Positions 59,601 to 64,000 of a DNA stretch of 64,000 nucleotides are shown here, one piece after another. Under the pieces are notes generated by a model, which worked only from the letters and a program-made list of their open reading frames with translations, searched no databases and was not told the origin of the DNA. Positions within the stretch are counted from its first letter, which is position 1, and every line of letters starts with the position of its first letter. The stretch is from Microcoleus sp. (lineage in GTDB: Bacteria; Cyanobacteriota; Cyanobacteriia; Cyanobacteriales; Microcoleaceae): positions 416,001-480,000 of the forward strand of contig CP181291.1 in assembly GCA_052279835.1 (NCBI GenBank), written 5' to 3'. Both the position numbers and the translations under genes were made by a program.

Positions 59601-60908
59601 CTACAGTGTCAAAGACTGAGGATTTGTCTCAATCAATTTGGCTAAATCTTGCAAGAAAGAGGCCGCATCAGCACCGTAAATAACTCGGTGATCGCAGGTA
59701 ATATTCACCTGCATTTGCCGCTTCACTCCCATCAAACCTTCTTCATTAGCCACTACTTGCGGCCGCGAAGCGCCGATCGCCAAAATCGAGCCTTGACCTG
59801 GGGGCAAAATCGCGTCAAACTTATCTACTCCAAACATTCCTAAATTGGAAAGAGTGAAAGTTCCGGTGCTATATTCATCAGGCTTTAACTGTTTGGTGCG
59901 AGCGCGATCAACTAAATCCTTCCAAGTGCGGGAAAGGGAATAGATATCTAGGCGATCGGCATTTTGCAACACCGGCGTAATCAAACCGCCACCATCCATC
60001 GCCACCGCCACAGAAACATTAATATCAGCACGGTATTGAATCGCTGACTCCACATAAGAAGCATTCAGCAGAGGATGTTTTTGTAAAGTTACTGCTACAG
60101 CCTTCGCCAGCAAAGCCGTCATCGTGACGCCCTTGGACTTAATTTGTTTGTAGAGCTTGTCCAGATTGTCCGTAGTAATTGTATAGCCGACGCGGAAACA
60201 TGGCACGCTCAAACTTGCTTCCATATTACGCACCACAGCATTTTGCAGTGCATTCATCGGTACGGTTTGGCCGGTCATCGCCACTGCTGGAACAGGCTGT
60301 GCCACTGCTGGTTTAGGTGCTACGGGTGCGGGTGCTGCGGGTGCTGTGGCTGCGGGTGCGGGTGCTGCGGGCACTGTCACCAGTTGCTGAACGGGAGCGG
60401 GCTTAGCTTTACCCGCTGCGGCTTCCACATCCTCTGCAACAATTCTGCCGTGGGGGCCGCTACCTTTGATCGAATTCAAATCTACTTTAAATTCTTTTGC
60501 CAATTTCCGCGCGCGGGGAGAAACGACGCTGCGGCCGTTTTGACGGCTGACGTTTTGCTGCAATCCCGGAGATGAAGTTGTCGCGGCCACCGGGGCGGGG
60601 GCTGGTGTGGCCGCGGCGGCGGGGGCTGAGGCGGCTGCTCCTTGCTGCTGAGCGATGGCGATTTCGGCTTCAGTTTCTGCTACTAGGGCGATGGCTGCTC
60701 CCACGGGAGCAACTTCTCCTGCTGGGACGATAATGATTGCCAAAAATCCTTCGTAGAAAGACTCTACGTCCATGTCGGCTTTGTCGGATTCAACTACTAC
60801 CACTGTTTCGCCTTTTTCTACTTTGTCCCCGGCGGATTTGACCCAGGAAACAATTTTGCCCTCTGTCATGGTAGAACTTAGGGCCGGCATGAAAACTTCG
60901 CGAATCAT
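59601..60908 (-). CDS. pdhC: Pyruvate dehydrogenase E2, dihydrolipoamide acetyltransferase
   Basis: MPALSSTMTEG, VESDKADM (lipoyl Lys), SPRA.KLA, DHRVIYGA. Confidence 0.96.
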   Translation of the reverse strand: MIREVFMPALSSTMTEGKIVSWVKSAGDKVEKGETVVVVESDKADMDVESFYEGFLAIIIVPAGEVAPVGAAIALVAETEAEIAIAQQQGAAASAPAAAATPAPAPVAATTSSPGLQQNVSRQNGRSVVSPRARKLAKEFKVDLNSIKGSGPHGRIVAEDVEAAAGKAKPAPVQQLVTVPAAPAPAATAPAAPAPVAPKPAVAQPVPAVAMTGQTVPMNALQNAVVRNMEASLSVPCFRVGYTITTDNLDKLYKQIKSKGVTMTALLAKAVAVTLQKHPLLNASYVESAIQYRADINVSVAVAMDGGGLITPVLQNADRLDIYSLSRTWKDLVDRARTKQLKPDEYSTGTFTLSNLGMFGVDKFDAILPPGQGSILAIGASRPQVVANEEGLMGVKRQMQVNITCDHRVIYGADAASFLQDLAKLIETNPQSLTL

Positions 60909-61031
60909 CTGTAAAAAGTCCTTTTTAGTTACTAATCGGGAATCGGTAAGCTCAGTGGTATTTAATTTGCACGATCGAATACAGTTAAACTTTTGTGGGT
61001 GGGATGGAGAGTGCTTTGGTTTCAGCTTCAG

Positions 61032-61178
61032 CCTCTAGTCCGCCACGGACTTAAGTCTCTGGCTAACAGCTAAAGTCCTCGCTCAGAGGAATGATGAGTT
61101 CTTCAGTCCTATGCCGCCAGAGGACTTTAGCTTTGAGGCAGGGGTTTCAACCCCTGTCGGAATGTGTCGGACTAGAGG
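61032..61178. mobile_element. MITE-like element (TIR CCTCTAGTCCG / CGGACTAGAGG)
   Basis: Terminal inverted repeat plus internal palindrome. Confidence 0.6.
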
Positions 61179-61390
61179 ACGGTTGGTTTAACTTATTTGT
61201 TGACACAAATGGCATCCTGTCCGCCCCAAAAATCCAAGTTCAATCCACAACAGCTTGTGCAGGCGATTGGTAATTGGCGATCGCCGAGCGGTAATTATGA
61301 TTATGCCAGTTTCTAGTCCGAAGATATGTGACCAATGACTCCAAATCCATTACTACTAATTGCCAATTACCAATTACCAATTTCTAATTG

Positions 61391-61840
61391 CTAAATATCG
61401 CCTCGAATTTCTTGGACAACTCCATCACGGAGGAGAACCTCTACTTGCATTTTTTGAATCAAGTTTTCTCCTAACCCGATGGTGAATGTACCGTCAATTT
61501 GACCTTGACTCACTTCTTGTTCCAGGTCTAGTACCTGCACTTGCTGGAGTTGTTGCAGGTTTTGGTTTTTTTGTTCTAGCAGTTCGCTTTTCCGTTGATT
61601 AACCTGGGTTTGAATGTTTTCTATTTGCTGCATTACTTGAGGACCAGGGGGGTGCAGGCTTTGCTTTTGGATTTCAGAAATCATCCGTTGTCCTTGCATT
61701 TCTAGCTGTTGTAGCTGAGAGTCGATTTGATTAATTTGGGCTTGGAGTTGCTGTTGAGCTTCTTCTTTCCAGCGGGGGGTAACGACGACTTTAACGTTAA
61801 TCGATCGCTTCAAGAGTAATTGTGGGGTGGACAGTTCCAT
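61391..61840 (-). CDS. YlqD family protein
   Basis: LLLKR.INVK.VVTP.WKEE.QQQLQ, EV.QGQ, M.VE.LLRDGVV.EIR. Confidence 0.88.
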   Translation of the reverse strand: MELSTPQLLLKRSINVKVVVTPRWKEEAQQQLQAQINQIDSQLQQLEMQGQRMISEIQKQSLHPPGPQVMQQIENIQTQVNQRKSELLEQKNQNLQQLQQVQVLDLEQEVSQGQIDGTFTIGLGENLIQKMQVEVLLRDGVVQEIRGDI

Positions 61841-62021
61841 AAAGTTATTGTTTGTCTATTGGGAATTAGTCATTAGTCATCAGTCATCAGTCATCAGTCA
61901 TTAGTTTGTCAGTTAGTAAACATTTTCTCAGGACTGAAGACTGAGAACTGAGGACTCAGAATCGGGACTGGGGACTTGGGAAAAGTTTTCCTTCGCTATA
62001 CCTCAAGTCCGGGGAATATTT

Positions 62022-63971
62022 TCAAAACATCCCGTCAATCATATCGCGGTAGTGTTCCGTCACAACCGGGCGCTTAATTTTCAGGGTTTGAGTCAGCATT
62101 CCATTTTCCATCGAGAAGGGTTCCAAAATCAACCGGAACGGGCCAATGCGATCGTCGGCGCGGTATCCGGGGCGATTTTGCACCTCGCGGTTCAATTCTT
62201 GGCGAAATAAGTCTTGAATTGTCTTGCTATTCCAGTCAATTTCGTGTATTGGAGGATTCTGAGTTGCCGCCCATTTCTCCACCGCTTCTGCATTGGGGAC
62301 AATTAATGCTCCCACAGATTTCTGGTCTTGACCGACTAGCATAATTTGGTCGATGTAGGGGCTGCGGAGACAGGCGTCTTCGATGGGCTGAGGTTCGATG
62401 TTTTCGCCGTTGGTGAGGACGATCGTATCTTTGGCGCGTCCGGTTAAAATTAAATCGTTGCCCGGTGTCAGCCAGCCCAAGTCGCCGGTATCGAACCAGC
62501 CTTCGGGGTCGATCGCCTTTGCCGTCGCTTGCGGATTAAGATAATAACCAGCCATGATTTGCGGCCCCCGCGCCAATACTAAGCCACGTTGACCAGGCGA
62601 AAGTTGTTGCCGAGTTTCCGGGTCTACTATTTTAACTTCGGTATGGGCGATCGGCTGTCCCGCCGAACCTTTGAGATTATGCCAAGGGCGACGAACCGTT
62701 AACACCGGGGAAGTTTCGGTTAAGCCGTATCCCACCAACAAACCGATATTCGCTATTTCAAAGAAATTGTCCAAGTGGGCGGCCAAAGAACCACCACCAC
62801 TAATTGCCCACTTAAAACGTCCTCCCGTAGCTTCCCGAACTTTTTGGTATACCAGTTTTTCGGCGAGGGCGTGAATGGGTAATAATAGAATGCTTTTGAT
62901 GCGGGCGATGAGTTTTTCGGTAGCAGAAGCAGGTTTTAAATTGAGAGTTAATCCTTGGAAAATGCGGCGAGATTCTATATATTTTTGGCTGGCAGATAGC
63001 AGGAAATTAACCAGTTTTTGTTTGTTAGCGGGCTGTTCCCGAAATTGCTTTTGTACTGCCTCGTAAATCGATTCCCAGATGCGGGGAACGCTAACCATGT
63101 ACTGAGGTTTGTAGGTTTTAAAGTCTTGTTTGAAATAGCGAATATTGGTGTATATTTGCGTGCATCCTTGGGAAAGCAGGAAGTATTCGACACTGCGTTC
63201 GTAGGCGTGCCAACTGGGGAGAATACTGAGAACACCTTCGCCGCCTTCTGGCTGGAGAATTGTGCCGAAGGTGGTGATTTGGTGTAGCAGGTTGCCGTGG
63301 GTCAGCATCACGCCTTTGGGTTTACCTGTGGTGCCGCTGGTGTAGAGGAGGGTGGCGAGGGTTTGAGGTTTGTGGTTGGTGGGTTTGAGGGGGCGGTTTG
63401 CCCCTGTGGCCATGACTTGGGAAAATTTGACGGTGTTGAGGGTGGGGCTGGTTTCTGGTTCTTCGTCGGAGAGGAGGATGATGAGTTGAATTGGCAAATC
63501 GGGGAGGCGGTGTTGCAGTTTTTTGAGTAATGCGCGGTTTTCGACTACTAAGGCGGTGCTACCGCTGTCTTGGATGATGTAGAGGAGTTCTTCGGGGTCG
63601 GCGGTGGCGCCTCGGACGGCGTTGGCTGCCCCGGCCATCATGATGCCTTGGTCGGCTATCAGCCAGCGGGGGCTGTTGTCGGCGAAGAGGGCGACGCGGG
63701 GAGGGATTGCTTCTGAGGGGTTTGGTTCGATGCCGAGGGCTTGGAGGCCGGCGGCGAATTGCTGCATTTGTCGGTACAGGTCGGTGTAGGTAAGCTTGAT
63801 TTCGGGCTTGCTGTGGGGGTCGTGGAGGGCGACTATTTGACCGAATTTCTGTTGGACGATCGCCCAAATTTCTGGTACGGATTGGATGGAGGTGTAATCG
63901 ATCAGGCGGCTGAGGTTGGCGCGATCGCGATCGGTCAGTTGAGATGATGTGTAAGATGCTGGGCCGTTCAT
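62022..63971 (-). CDS. Long-chain fatty acid--CoA/ACP ligase (Aas-like)
   Basis: YTSGTTGKPKGVML.H.N, GYGLTETSP, GWFDTGDLG, GRAKDTIVL.NGENIEP. Confidence 0.93.
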   Translation of the reverse strand: MNGPASYTSSQLTDRDRANLSRLIDYTSIQSVPEIWAIVQQKFGQIVALHDPHSKPEIKLTYTDLYRQMQQFAAGLQALGIEPNPSEAIPPRVALFADNSPRWLIADQGIMMAGAANAVRGATADPEELLYIIQDSGSTALVVENRALLKKLQHRLPDLPIQLIILLSDEEPETSPTLNTVKFSQVMATGANRPLKPTNHKPQTLATLLYTSGTTGKPKGVMLTHGNLLHQITTFGTILQPEGGEGVLSILPSWHAYERSVEYFLLSQGCTQIYTNIRYFKQDFKTYKPQYMVSVPRIWESIYEAVQKQFREQPANKQKLVNFLLSASQKYIESRRIFQGLTLNLKPASATEKLIARIKSILLLPIHALAEKLVYQKVREATGGRFKWAISGGGSLAAHLDNFFEIANIGLLVGYGLTETSPVLTVRRPWHNLKGSAGQPIAHTEVKIVDPETRQQLSPGQRGLVLARGPQIMAGYYLNPQATAKAIDPEGWFDTGDLGWLTPGNDLILTGRAKDTIVLTNGENIEPQPIEDACLRSPYIDQIMLVGQDQKSVGALIVPNAEAVEKWAATQNPPIHEIDWNSKTIQDLFRQELNREVQNRPGYRADDRIGPFRLILEPFSMENGMLTQTLKIKRPVVTEHYRDMIDGMF

Positions 63972-64000
63972 AGGGTATTTTCCGGGGTTTTGAGAGATAA

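Overview
64 kb from a filamentous cyanobacterium. The Oscillatoriales (Microcoleus/Tychonema-like) assignment is inferred from frequent HIP1 GCGATCGC sites, heptamer tandem repeats and MITE/REP families. The housekeeping backbone is rimI, clpC, lepB, a PBP1A, tyrS, pyrF, a uracil-DNA glycosylase, an RND pump, a CRR6-like gene, a stand-alone EF-G, a B12 radical SAM, an H-NOX/histidine kinase pair, surE, pdhC, ylqD and an acyl-CoA/ACP synthetase. Three accessory regions interrupt it: (i) a Bpu10I-family restriction-modification cassette bracketed by a direct repeat, beside decayed toxin-antitoxin genes (10.4-14.7 kb); (ii) an IS200/IS605-type OMEGA element (IsrB-like nickase plus omega-RNA-like leader) inserted right at a host start codon (22.6-23.9 kb); (iii) a ~17 kb toxin/defence island (42.4-59.4 kb). 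The best novelty candidate is a tightly coupled 7-gene ubiquitin-like operon in that island (48505-55603): E1 with a fused C-terminal Ubl, a free Ubl, E2, JAB peptidase, VirD4/TraD-like ATPase, PD-(D/E)XK nuclease, and a membrane protein with a RING-like Cys cluster and pilin-like ectodomain. Four of these proteins share a basic-Trp short motif in their terminal tails. All family calls are from visual motif recognition; no searches were run.
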